Assembly: GCA_965250285.1 (NCBI GenBank)
Contig: OZ252299.1
Span: 384,001-448,000 of the forward strand
Origin: Myxococcota bacterium
Lineage (GTDB): Bacteria > Myxococcota_A > UBA9160 > UBA4427
DNA: 64,000 nt
Reading direction: 5' to 3'
Part shown: positions 19,365 to 28,134 of the stretch, one piece after another
How positions within the stretch are numbered: the stretch's first letter is position 1
Layout: the number at the start of each line of letters is the position of its first letter
Translations under genes and position numbers: made by a program
The notes under the pieces: generated by a model
What the model saw: the letters and a program-made list of their open reading frames with translations, nothing else
Database searches by the model: none
What the model was told of the DNA's origin: nothing

Positions 19365-20477
19365 CTAGTGGTCGTCGGAGAAGTCGACGCGGTCGACGAG
19401 CTTGTTCCGCCAGGCGTTCGGGGTGCCGAGAGCCCCCGCGAGCGCCCGCGCGCGTCGGTAGAACAGGTGGCAGTCGTACTCCCACGTGTATCCGACGCCG
19501 CCGTAGAGCTGCACCATTTCGATCGACATCTGGTTGAGCGCCTCGCTCGCCTGCACGCGGCTCTGGCACGCGGCGACCCCGAGCTCGGGTTCGTCGCCTT
19601 CCAGCGCCCAGGCGCCGAAGAAGCAGCTCGATCGAGCGAGCTCGACCTCGCAGTAGAGGTCGGCGAGGCGATGCTTGATCGCCTGGAACGACGCGATGGG
19701 GCGGCCGAACGCGTAGCGGCCTTCGACGAAGGCCTTGGTCAGCTCGAAGCTGCGTGTCGCGGCCCCGAGCTGCTCGAACGCCAGGAGCACGGCGGCGCGG
19801 TCGAGCAGCGCTTCGGCCTGGGCGGCGCCTTCGCCGGCGGTGCCGAGCAGCTCGGCCGGGGCGCCGTCGAAGTCGATGTGGGTGAGCGGCCGCGTCGGGT
19901 CGAACGCGTCGATCGACTTGCGCGCGACACCATCGCCCGTGAGGTCGACCAGGTAGAGGCCGAGGCCGCCGTCGCCCTGGGCGGCGACGACCGCGAACGT
20001 CGCGATCTCGCCGTCGGGCACGGGTGACTTCTGGCCCGTCAGCTTGCCGCCGTCGACCTTCGCGGCGACCGACTCGACGCCCTGCTGGCCGGGCTTCTCG
20101 GTGAGGGCGAAAGTGCCGATGGCGTCGCCGCTCGCGAGCCCGGGCAGCAGCTTCTTCTTCTGGTCGTCGCTCCCGAAGCGCAGCAGCGCCTCGGTGGCGA
20201 AGTAGACGCTCGACGAGAAGGGGATCGGCGCGAGCGCGCGGCCGACCTCTTCGGCGATCAGCGCGAGCTCGAGGTAGCCGAAGCCGGCGCCGCCGTACTC
20301 CTCGGGAATCACCGCGCCCTGCCAGCCCATCTCGGCTGCGCCCTTCCAGAGCGCTTCGGCGTAGGCGGCGTCGCTTTCGAGGATCTCGCGGCAGACCGCG
20401 AGGGGAGAGTGCTCGGCCAGATAGTCGCGCGCCGTCTGTTGCAGCAGCTTCTGGTCGTCGGAGAAGTCGAAGTTCAT
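19365..20477 (-). CDS. Acyl-CoA dehydrogenase (putative partner subunit)
   Basis: MNFDFSDDQ, FGRPIASFQAIKH, QLYGGVGYTWE; shorter, tandem with the other ACAD. Confidence 0.92.
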   Translation of the reverse strand: MNFDFSDDQKLLQQTARDYLAEHSPLAVCREILESDAAYAEALWKGAAEMGWQGAVIPEEYGGAGFGYLELALIAEEVGRALAPIPFSSSVYFATEALLRFGSDDQKKKLLPGLASGDAIGTFALTEKPGQQGVESVAAKVDGGKLTGQKSPVPDGEIATFAVVAAQGDGGLGLYLVDLTGDGVARKSIDAFDPTRPLTHIDFDGAPAELLGTAGEGAAQAEALLDRAAVLLAFEQLGAATRSFELTKAFVEGRYAFGRPIASFQAIKHRLADLYCEVELARSSCFFGAWALEGDEPELGVAACQSRVQASEALNQMSIEMVQLYGGVGYTWEYDCHLFYRRARALAGALGTPNAWRNKLVDRVDFSDDH

Positions 20478-20582
20478 CGGGGGGACTCCGTGGCCGCCGA
20501 TCGGAGCGGCCGGATGAATGGGGCAGTTGCGGGGCCAGGGTGGTGTCCGCACGCACGCCGGTCACGCCGGCGGCGAAGATCG

Positions 20583-20613
20583 AGAATCCACCGGATTGAT
20601 TCGCGTGTCAATC
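20583..20613 (-). promoter_or_regulatory. Sigma70-like promoter of the ACAD operon overlapped by a palindromic operator
   Basis: Minus strand TTGACA-17 bp-GATTCT; inverted repeat GATTGA-N8-TCAATC at 20594-20613 covers the -35. Confidence 0.6.
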
Positions 20614-20696
20614 GCGGCCCCGGCGGGCGTCAAGCCGCCGGGGCCGCCCCAAGTAACCGATTCAGAACGCGAAAAGCGCGCCTTGGGCGACGGCGC

Positions 20697-21647
20697 TCAG
20701 GCCTGGGCGAAGGCCTTCGTCAATACCTCTCCACACTCGTCGAGCAGGGCCTTGCCGTCGTCGCTGATCGGGGAGAGCTGGAAGAAGATGTGCGCCATGC
20801 CGTCGTACTCGTGGAACTGCACCGCGACCCCCGCGGCCTCGAGCTTCTTCGCATACGCCCGACCTTCATCGCGCAGCGGGTCGAACTCGGCCGTGACCAC
20901 GAGCGCGGGCGGCAGGTCGGCGTGGCTCTTGGCCTTGATCGGCGAGAGGCGCGCATCGGTCGTCGGGTCGGGCTTGCTCTTCATGTAGTTGCCCATGAAC
21001 CACTGCATCGTATCGAGCGTGAGGAAAGGTCCCTCGCGGTTCTCTTCGAGCGACGGATACGTCGTCGCGTCGCCGCTCGCATCGACGGCGGGATAGACGA
21101 GCAGCTGGAAGCAGAGCTTCGGGCCGCCGTGATCGCGGGCATGAATCGCGACGGCGGCGGATAGGTTGCCGCCGGCGCTGTCGCCCGCGACCGCGATCCG
21201 CATCGGATCGCCGCCGAGATGGGCCGCATTCTCACCGACCCATTCGAGCGCGGCATAGGCGTCTTCGAACGCGGCCGGAAAGGGGGCTTCCGGAGCCAGG
21301 CGGTAGTGCACGGCGACGACGATGCAGTTCGCCTTGTTGCAGATGGCGCGGCACTCGCGGTCATGGCTATCGAGGTCGCCGATCACGAACCCGCCGCCGT
21401 GGTAGAAGACGACGACCGGGAGCGCGCCGCTCGCGCCACTCGGCGTGTACACGCGCACCGGGATCTCACCGGCCGGGCCGGGCACGCTGCGGTCGCTGAC
21501 CGAGCCGACCTCTTCGGTGCCCGGGAAGAGCTGCGCGAGCGCGAGATACGAAGCACGGGCCTCGTCGGGCGTCATGTCGCTCATCTGGACGGCGTCGGGG
21601 CCTTGCATGCCTTCGGCGAGGGGGACGAGCTGGGGGTGGAGCGGCAT
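20697..21647 (-). CDS. HSL-family (family IV) esterase/lipase
   Basis: HGGGF, YRLAPE, GDSAGG, DPLRDEG, GMAHIF. Confidence 0.95.
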   Translation of the reverse strand: MPLHPQLVPLAEGMQGPDAVQMSDMTPDEARASYLALAQLFPGTEEVGSVSDRSVPGPAGEIPVRVYTPSGASGALPVVVFYHGGGFVIGDLDSHDRECRAICNKANCIVVAVHYRLAPEAPFPAAFEDAYAALEWVGENAAHLGGDPMRIAVAGDSAGGNLSAAVAIHARDHGGPKLCFQLLVYPAVDASGDATTYPSLEENREGPFLTLDTMQWFMGNYMKSKPDPTTDARLSPIKAKSHADLPPALVVTAEFDPLRDEGRAYAKKLEAAGVAVQFHEYDGMAHIFFQLSPISDDGKALLDECGEVLTKAFAQA

Positions 21648-21686
21648 CGGTGTTCTCCTGGTGCGAGGGGGCGTGGGCTCGCTCGG

Positions 21687-22205
21687 CTATGCGCCGGGAT
21701 CCGACCCGGCGCCGGTGAAGGGTTCGATCACATCGTGGCGCAGGGCGTCGAGGCATGCGCGCGGCGCGCCCGCGCGCTCGAGCGCCTGCTCGGTGTCGCG
21801 CAGGATCCGCGTGATGCGGTCGGCGCGTCCGACCTCGCCCGTCTCGAGCGCGTTGGTGTCGAAGAGAATCTCGTGACCGTCCGGGTCGCGTGTCGACCAG
21901 CAGGCCCCGTCGGCGTCGGCCGCGTTCTCGAGGTCATCGGCCCGGTAGCGGCGGGGCACTTCGCCGGGGGCGTCGGGCAGGGCGGCCGTGACCGCGCCGT
22001 GGATCGCGAAGGCGTCGCCCCCGCGCCAATTGAGCAGCGGCGCGTCGAGGAACGTCATGAGGGCGAGTCGGAAGGGGCCGTTGCGCAGGACGATGCGGAG
22101 GCCCGGGACTTCTTCGACGAGCTCCATGCCCAGGGCTTCGTAGAAGCGGCGGGAGCGCGCGAGATCGCGTGCGGGCAAGCAGAGCGAGGTCCAGCCGAAG
22201 TCCAT
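21687..22205 (-). CDS. VOC/glyoxalase family protein
   Basis: ARDLARSRRFYEALG and TRDPDGHEILFD. Confidence 0.8.
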   Translation of the reverse strand: MDFGWTSLCLPARDLARSRRFYEALGMELVEEVPGLRIVLRNGPFRLALMTFLDAPLLNWRGGDAFAIHGAVTAALPDAPGEVPRRYRADDLENAADADGACWSTRDPDGHEILFDTNALETGEVGRADRITRILRDTEQALERAGAPRACLDALRHDVIEPFTGAGSDPGA

Positions 22206-22265
22206 GGGCGCCTCCGAGAGCCCGTGCGCGGGCCCTCGGATGCTACCCCACGGCCAACCGCCACC

Positions 22266-22370
22266 TCAGGCCGGTGCGTACTCGACCAGCTCGAGGTCGA
22301 GGAGCCGGCGATAGAAGGCGATGGATCGGTCGAGATCGGTGACGGTCAGATTCACGTGCTCGAGAAACAT
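22266..22370 (-). pseudogene. 34-aa internally deleted VOC/glyoxalase remnant
   Basis: Read by hand: MFLEHVNLTVTDLDRSIAFYRRLLDLELVEYAPA*, RBS AAGGGAGA; VOC N-terminal strand-helix joined to a VOC-type C-terminal ELVEY. Confidence 0.7.
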
Positions 22371-22508
22371 ACGGGTCTCCCTTCGTCGGGCGGTGCGTCG
22401 AAGGGCAGCGTGCCTCAGGGGCGCTTGGGGCGGGGCGATCGCGCCGAGACATCGACGACGGGTTGGCGCGTCGACGGGGACGCCGGTTGATCCCCGGGGC
22501 GGGGCGCC

Positions 22509-23495
22509 TCAGCCGCCCCCCAACAGTGTGTCGATGGCGCGTTCAACGAGCGCGGCCAATGCCCAGGCGATCGGCGGGATGATCACGTAGACGAGCACGC
22601 GCGTGAGCAGTCGCAGGTCGAGGGGCCAGGTGCGCGCGTCGGCGAGTCGGTCGCGGTGGGCGAGCAGCTGCTCCAGCCGCACCGTTCCTTCGCTCGATTC
22701 GGCCGCGCGATCACCGATCGCGTCGAGCTGCTCTTCGACCCGGGCGAGGCGCGCGTCGCGGTCGGCGCGGATGCGGCGGTGCACGAGGCGAAGGGGCCAG
22801 ATCAGGTAGAACGCGAGCGACGGTGTCGCGACCAGCAGGGCGAAGCGGTAGTTGCCGGGGCGAAACTCGAAGTCGAGCGACTGGAGCGGCGCGAAAAGGA
22901 GGGCCCCCATCACGATCGCGGCGTCGAGCACTCCGTTTCGCGCCAGGGGCCGCAGTCGACCCAGCCGCAACACGTCGACGGGCAGCTTCTCGCCGAGGTG
23001 CGCGAAGACGTTGGCCGCGATCACGCGCACGCAGAGCACGTTGCCGATGACCGTCCACAGGAAGATCTGGCCCAGCGAGATCGAGAGCGCGATGAACGGG
23101 TAGGGCGCCTGGGTCGCCCAGAGCGGATTCGTGTTGAACAGGCTCAGCCCGAGTCCGAGCAGCGTACCGAGCCACCAGGTGCGGCCCCACGCCGAGGCGA
23201 TCGTATCGAGCGCGGTGTCGGCATCGGCGGGGTCGGTCAGCTGCGGGCGCAGCTCTTCGACGAGCTCGGCCGACCGGCGCTGGGTGATCGTCCAGGCCGC
23301 CGTCAGGTAGGTCGTGACGCCGATCAGCATGAGGGACATGCCGATCAGCTCGCGGGCCGCCCAGCCCCAACCGGGGCGGTCGGTCGTCGAGAACGTGCCG
23401 GCCGACACGTAGAGCACCGTCAACCCGACGAAGGCGCCGGCGGCGGCGAGCAGGCCCGGCGTGCCCCGGGTTCGTGTGAGCGTCCATCGACCCAT
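22509..23495 (-). CDS. Hypothetical multi-pass membrane protein
   Basis: About 7 hydrophobic segments, C-terminal TWP motif before the last TM; start uncertain. Confidence 0.7.
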   Translation of the reverse strand: MGRWTLTRTRGTPGLLAAAGAFVGLTVLYVSAGTFSTTDRPGWGWAARELIGMSLMLIGVTTYLTAAWTITQRRSAELVEELRPQLTDPADADTALDTIASAWGRTWWLGTLLGLGLSLFNTNPLWATQAPYPFIALSISLGQIFLWTVIGNVLCVRVIAANVFAHLGEKLPVDVLRLGRLRPLARNGVLDAAIVMGALLFAPLQSLDFEFRPGNYRFALLVATPSLAFYLIWPLRLVHRRIRADRDARLARVEEQLDAIGDRAAESSEGTVRLEQLLAHRDRLADARTWPLDLRLLTRVLVYVIIPPIAWALAALVERAIDTLLGGG

Positions 23496-23530
23496 CTCGC
23501 GCGAGCGTATCACCGCCGCGCCGATCGCGA

Positions 23531-24271
23531 TCAGTGACGATACTTGGCGTACATCCCCTCCACCCAGCGCAGGCCCGACTCGCCCGCCCAGCGCGCTCGC
23601 CACTCGACCATCGCCGGGCCGAGGTCTTCGGGCAACGTGGTGTGGAACCCGTCGGGATAGGTCGTGATCGAGAGCAGGGCGGCCGCCGTCAGGTCGGCCG
23701 CCGTGAAGTGATCGCCCACGAGGTGACCGCCGTTCTCGGCCGCCCGGGCCACCCGCGCGAAGGCTTCGGTCGTCGTCTCGAGCCCGGCCGCCGCGCCCGC
23801 CGCATCGATGCCCATCTCGCGCTTCATCACCCGGCGGAGGACCGGGAGCGCTGCGCGATAGAGCCGCTCGCGCAGCCCCCACGGCTCGCGCACGAAGATG
23901 CGTGCGACCGAGTCGAGGTCGGTGAGCAGCTCGTGGAAGAGCGCGAGCCGCACGGCCGGCCCGAGTTCGTCGTCGAACCACGCGATCGTCTCGACGCACT
24001 GCCGTCGCTCGGCCTCGTCGTGCGGGAAGAGCGGTCGCTCGGGCAGCCAGCGATCGAGGGCGAAGAGAATTTCGGTGCTGCCCGCGATGACTTCGCCGCC
24101 CCACTCGAGCACCGGCGTCTGCGTCTGGCCCGTCAGCTTGCGCATCGCTGCGGCATGCGGCCCCGGCCAGTGCTCGACGACCTCGTAGTCGAGCCCCTTC
24201 CACGCGAGGCCCCAGTGTGCCTTCTCGTTGAAGTGCGAGGCCCGAAAGCAGTGCAGGATCGGCTTCGTCAC
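23531..24271 (-). CDS. Glutathione S-transferase N-terminal domain protein
   Basis: SHFNEKAHWGL, TGQTQTPVL, GSTEI, FTAADLTAA; GTG start with GAAGGAG. Confidence 0.88.
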   Translation of the reverse strand: MTKPILHCFRASHFNEKAHWGLAWKGLDYEVVEHWPGPHAAAMRKLTGQTQTPVLEWGGEVIAGSTEILFALDRWLPERPLFPHDEAERRQCVETIAWFDDELGPAVRLALFHELLTDLDSVARIFVREPWGLRERLYRAALPVLRRVMKREMGIDAAGAAAGLETTTEAFARVARAAENGGHLVGDHFTAADLTAAALLSITTYPDGFHTTLPEDLGPAMVEWRARWAGESGLRWVEGMYAKYRH

Positions 24272-24355
24272 GGTCGGTTCTCCTTCGGCTCGCGTCGCGG
24301 CGCGAGGCGGTCTACGGGATCGAGCGCCGGGCACGGGGATACGACCGCACGCTGA

Positions 24356-24373
24356 ATATGAGCGCGAACATAT
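24356..24373. promoter_or_regulatory. Palindrome upstream of GST, candidate repressor site
   Basis: ATATG-N8-CATAT, AT-rich in GC-rich context, about 85 bp before the GST start. Confidence 0.4.
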
Positions 24374-24434
24374 CTGCCGTCGGACGCGTCAGCGGCTCGA
24401 GCGCACGACGCGGGCCTTCGCTCGGCGGTGGTCT

Positions 24435-24779
24435 TCATGCGCCGACGCCTCCGTCGATCGGCGACGCATCCTCGGCCGAGCCGAGGCGTACCCGGTCGAG
24501 GGGCAGCCCTCCCTCGCCCGGGTACGCGACCGGCACGGCCGGCTCGCAGCGTTGGCTGGTCTCGAGAACGGCCCGCTCCACCGCCCCCTCTTCGACCGGG
24601 CGTGCGACGCGCGGCGGGGCGTCGCCGGCCGGTGTCGCGCCAGCGCGCGCTCCCTCGAGGAGCGATACCGACACGACGAGCACGAGCAGCAGCAGGCCCA
24701 GCACGCCGGCGGAGACCAGGTGCCACACCACCTGCTCGGCCCGAACCTCGAGCCGTCGCTGTCCTTCGAACGGATTCAT
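24435..24779 (-). CDS. Small hypothetical single-pass membrane protein
   Basis: ATG with GGAGAGGGG RBS; TM VVWHLVSAGVLGLLLLVLVVSVSLL. Confidence 0.6.
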   Translation of the reverse strand: MNPFEGQRRLEVRAEQVVWHLVSAGVLGLLLLVLVVSVSLLEGARAGATPAGDAPPRVARPVEEGAVERAVLETSQRCEPAVPVAYPGEGGLPLDRVRLGSAEDASPIDGGVGA

Positions 24780-24979
24780 GACCCCTCTCCAATCGGTTCC
24801 AACGGGTGCCCGGCCTCGTCCGGCCACCCGACAGACGGAGGCCGAGACCCCCGACTGCGTGCTTCGGCGCGCCTCTGGCACGCCGTTTCCCCCTTCGCTC
24901 CGGCCGACTCGGGGCGTCCTGCCTCCTCCAGGACGCCTGCTCCCGGCGGTTTCGCCCGCGCTCGCGCAACACGAGCCCC

Positions 24980-25025
24980 AAAAAGCGAAAACCCCTTCGG
25001 CCTGCTGGCGAAGGGGTTCTCGTTT
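24980..25025 (-). terminator. Intrinsic terminator (attenuator-type)
   Basis: Minus strand AAACGAGAACCCCTTCG-CCAGCAGGC-CGAAGGGGTTTTCGCTTTTT; G-U pairing and U-tract fit the minus strand. Confidence 0.8.
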
Positions 25026-25048
25026 CGACTCGGTCTGGGATCGGGTTG

Positions 25049-25249
25049 CTAGACCCTTCCTCGCCAAGTCCCCCTTCGTGTGTGCCGCCCAACGCGGTCG
25101 ATCTTCGCGTCGAACGCACACTGCGTGATCTGGCCTGCCCACGGCTTGAGGCCGTTCTGGCCCGCAAACGCGCTCGAGACCGGCCCACGGGCCGACGCGT
25201 GCCCGGCGGGCACCGCGCGCATCTCGTTGTGGTTGCAGGTGAACGACAT
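25049..25249 (-). CDS. Putative leader peptide (66 aa, ends HTRRGTWRGRV)
   Basis: ATG preceded by GAAGGA; TAG lies about 24 nt before the terminator; last codons complementary to the terminator 5' arm. Confidence 0.5.
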   Translation of the reverse strand: MSFTCNHNEMRAVPAGHASARGPVSSAFAGQNGLKPWAGQITQCAFDAKIDRVGRHTRRGTWRGRV

Positions 25250-25354
25250 CAGTGAATCTCGATCCTTCAATGCAGACGATGCAGATGCGCGAGCGATGGA
25301 TGATGCCCGCGCGCTGAATGCGAAATCGGTGCGGAACTCGCACCGGCTGGCCCG

Positions 25355-25412
25355 TGTGTATCGGCGATCGCGGCCGGTGTCAAAGCAAAAAATGAGCCGA
25401 CACCAAAAAAAC
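25355..25412 (-). promoter_or_regulatory. Sigma70-like promoter with upstream T-tracts driving the leader
   Basis: Minus strand TTGACA (25378-25383)-17 bp-TACACA, preceded by two T6-7 tracts (UP-element-like). Confidence 0.55.
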
Positions 25413-25569
25413 ATTGACCCTGACACCACCGAGCGTCGCCCGCCCGACACCGAAGCGACTCATCGATACCGGGTCAGGTGGCGACCCCCGCAAGGCACGC
25501 AGCGACGAGCCCGCCCCCACCCCGCACTCCGTTGCGGGGCCGCCCGGGTGCCCCCGCCTCGGGCGCTCG

Positions 25570-26976
25570 CTACAGCAACTTCTTGATCATGTTCAGCTTC
25601 GAGTCGCTGTACGGCGGGTACACGAACTTGATGTCGAGCCAGGTGCCCCGGCGCATCACCGACTTCTGGTGCGAGAACGTGTCGAAGCTCGTGCGCCCGT
25701 GGTAGGCGCCCATCCCCGACTCGCCGACGCCGCCGAAGGGCATGTTCGGGTTGCCGATGTGCAGGATCGTGCCGTTCACGCAGACGCCCCCCGAGCTGGT
25801 CTCGGCGATCACGTGGTCGACGGCCTCCGCCTGCTCGCTGAACATGTAGAGCGCCAGCGGCTTATCGCGGCCATTGATGAACCGGATCGCCTCGTCGACG
25901 TCGTCGACGACCAGCAGGGGCAGGATCGGCCCGAAGATCTCCTCGGTCATCGCGCCCGACGTCGGGTCGACCCCCGTCAGGATCGTCGGCGCGATGTAGA
26001 GGTCGTCTTCGTCGGTCTCCCCGCCCACGACGGCCTCGCCGTCCTTCAGCAGGTTCGCGAGCCGCCGGTGGTGCCGGACGTTCACGATGCGGCCGAAGTC
26101 GTCGCTGTCGCGGGGCGAGTCGCCGTAGAAGTTCCGAATCTCGCCCTTCAGGGCGTCGATGAGATCGCCCTCCATGCCCCGCTCGACGAGCAGGTAGTCG
26201 GGCGCGATACACGTCTGGCCCGCGTTCAAGAACTTGCCCCAGGCGATGCGGCGGGCCGTGACGTCGAGCTTCGCGCTGCGGTCGACGATGCACGGGCTCT
26301 TTCCGCCGAGCTCGAGGGTGACGGGCGTCAGGTGCTTCGCCGCCGCCTCCATCACGATCCGGCCGACGGTGCCGTTGCCGGTGTACATGATGTGGTCGAA
26401 GCGCTGCTCGAGCAGCGCCGTCGTCTCTTCGACGCCGCCCTCGATGAGCACCACCGAGTCTCGGTCGAGGTACTTCGGGACCAGGTCGGCGAGCAGGGCG
26501 CTGGTGCGCGGCGTCACCTCGCTCGGCTTGAGGACGACGCAGTTGCCGGCCGCCAGCGCGCCGAGCAGCGGCGAGATCAGCAGCTGCACGGGGTAGTTCC
26601 AGGGCGAGATGATCAGCACGACGCCGAGCGGATCGCTCACGATCTCGCTCTTCGAGGGGAACGTCTGCACGGCCCCCTTCACCTTGCGCGGCTTCATCCA
26701 CTTCTTGACCGACTTCGCGACCTGCTTGGCCTCGTCGGCGATGATCGCGATGTCGGCGGCGTAGGCCTCGAGCGCCGGCTTGCCGACATCGAGGTGCAGG
26801 GCCTCGGCGAACGCGTCGGCGTGGTCGCGCATCATGTCGCGCACACGCTCGATCTGCTGGATGCGCCACTCGGCCGGGCGGGTCAGGCCCGAGTCGAAGG
26901 TGGCGCGCAGGCGCGCGACGTCGTCGGCGATGCCCTCGACGGGCGTCTGGGGCACGGGGATGGGCTCGGCAGCCAT
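25570..26976 (-). CDS. Aldehyde dehydrogenase (ALDH3/coniferyl-aldehyde-like)
   Basis: SPWNYP, LKPSE, TLELGGKSP, GQTCIAPDY, EEIFGP, PFGGVGESG. Confidence 0.96.
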   Translation of the reverse strand: MAAEPIPVPQTPVEGIADDVARLRATFDSGLTRPAEWRIQQIERVRDMMRDHADAFAEALHLDVGKPALEAYAADIAIIADEAKQVAKSVKKWMKPRKVKGAVQTFPSKSEIVSDPLGVVLIISPWNYPVQLLISPLLGALAAGNCVVLKPSEVTPRTSALLADLVPKYLDRDSVVLIEGGVEETTALLEQRFDHIMYTGNGTVGRIVMEAAAKHLTPVTLELGGKSPCIVDRSAKLDVTARRIAWGKFLNAGQTCIAPDYLLVERGMEGDLIDALKGEIRNFYGDSPRDSDDFGRIVNVRHHRRLANLLKDGEAVVGGETDEDDLYIAPTILTGVDPTSGAMTEEIFGPILPLLVVDDVDEAIRFINGRDKPLALYMFSEQAEAVDHVIAETSSGGVCVNGTILHIGNPNMPFGGVGESGMGAYHGRTSFDTFSHQKSVMRRGTWLDIKFVYPPYSDSKLNMIKKLL

Positions 26977-27129
26977 GGGCAGGTCCTCTCGATCGGGGTG
27001 GGCGCGCGGTTCGGCGCCGTGGCCCCGAGATTCTACGAGGTGCGTTCGAGGCGGGCCATCCCAGCGGGGTCGAGCGCCCGGCCGGCCAAGGGGCGCAGGC
27101 AGCGCCGGACCGTGGGCGCCGAGGTGGGG

Positions 27130-27861
27130 TCAGGCCGGTGCGACCTCGCTGACCGAGATCCGGCCGCCCATGCACACGTCGACGTCGGCGCCCGAGAGCC
27201 GTGCCCGGCCGTGGTAGTCGGCTCCGTTCAGGTAGCCCTCGGTCCCGATCTCGAACGTGACCGGCAGCGGACTCGGATCGACGGGGCAGACCGACCAGCT
27301 GGTGTCGACGGCCTCGTCCGGCGGGTGCGGCAGATTCACGTTCCAGTAGGCGTACGCCGTCGGGGGTCGATCCAGCAGGTGGTCGAGCACCGGACGGGCC
27401 CGTTCCATCGTCGCCTGCCAGTCGATCGTGCGATGTCGGGCCTGGTACTGCGAGATGGCGATCGCCGGCGTGCCGCGAAGCCCGGCCTCGCGCGCCGCGG
27501 CCGCCGTGCCCGAGACGAACGTGTCGGTGCCGAGGTTGGCGCCGTGATTGATGCCGGCGATCACCCAGTCGACGGGGCGCGGGTGCGCGGCGGCGTGGGC
27601 GGGCCAGAGCGGCCCGCCGCGGGCGAGGGCGAGGCGAGCGCAGTCGGCGGGCGTGCCCGAGGCGGCGATGCGGTCGGCCCCGCGTGCGTCGGCCTCGATG
27701 TGCCGCCCCGATTGCGCCAAAGCGTGACCGATGCCGCTGCGGGGCCCGTCGGGAGCGATCACGATCAGGTCGGCTTCGGGGCGAAGTGCGCGCAGGGTCG
27801 TCTCGAGGGCCTCGATCCCCGGCGCGTCGATGCCGTCGTCGTTGGTGATCACGATCCGCAC
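27130..27861 (-). CDS. surE: 5'/3'-nucleotidase SurE
   Basis: ITNDDGIDAPG, SGTPADC, GINHGANLG..SGT, NVNLP. Confidence 0.92.
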   Translation of the reverse strand: MRIVITNDDGIDAPGIEALETTLRALRPEADLIVIAPDGPRSGIGHALAQSGRHIEADARGADRIAASGTPADCARLALARGGPLWPAHAAAHPRPVDWVIAGINHGANLGTDTFVSGTAAAAREAGLRGTPAIAISQYQARHRTIDWQATMERARPVLDHLLDRPPTAYAYWNVNLPHPPDEAVDTSWSVCPVDPSPLPVTFEIGTEGYLNGADYHGRARLSGADVDVCMGGRISVSEVAPA

Positions 27862-28134
27862 GGCGGCGGAGCCTAGCAGCCGGTTCGGCCTCGACGCGCC
27901 GTCCTCGGGTGCGCGACCCCGTCGGGCCGGCGGCTCGGAGGCCGGTCGCTGGCCGGCTGCCGATCGGCTGCAGGCGGGTTGCGGGGCGGGTGCAGCGAAG
28001 CGCGACAGGATCTGGATTGTGTGCGTTTTTTCCTTCACTCGACGGGACGCCGGACGAAAAGGCCTGTGCGAGGCTGTGCGCTCGAGTGCCTCCCCCCTTT
28101 CAACCTCCTCGACGCGCGCAGCGGAGGACCCCCG

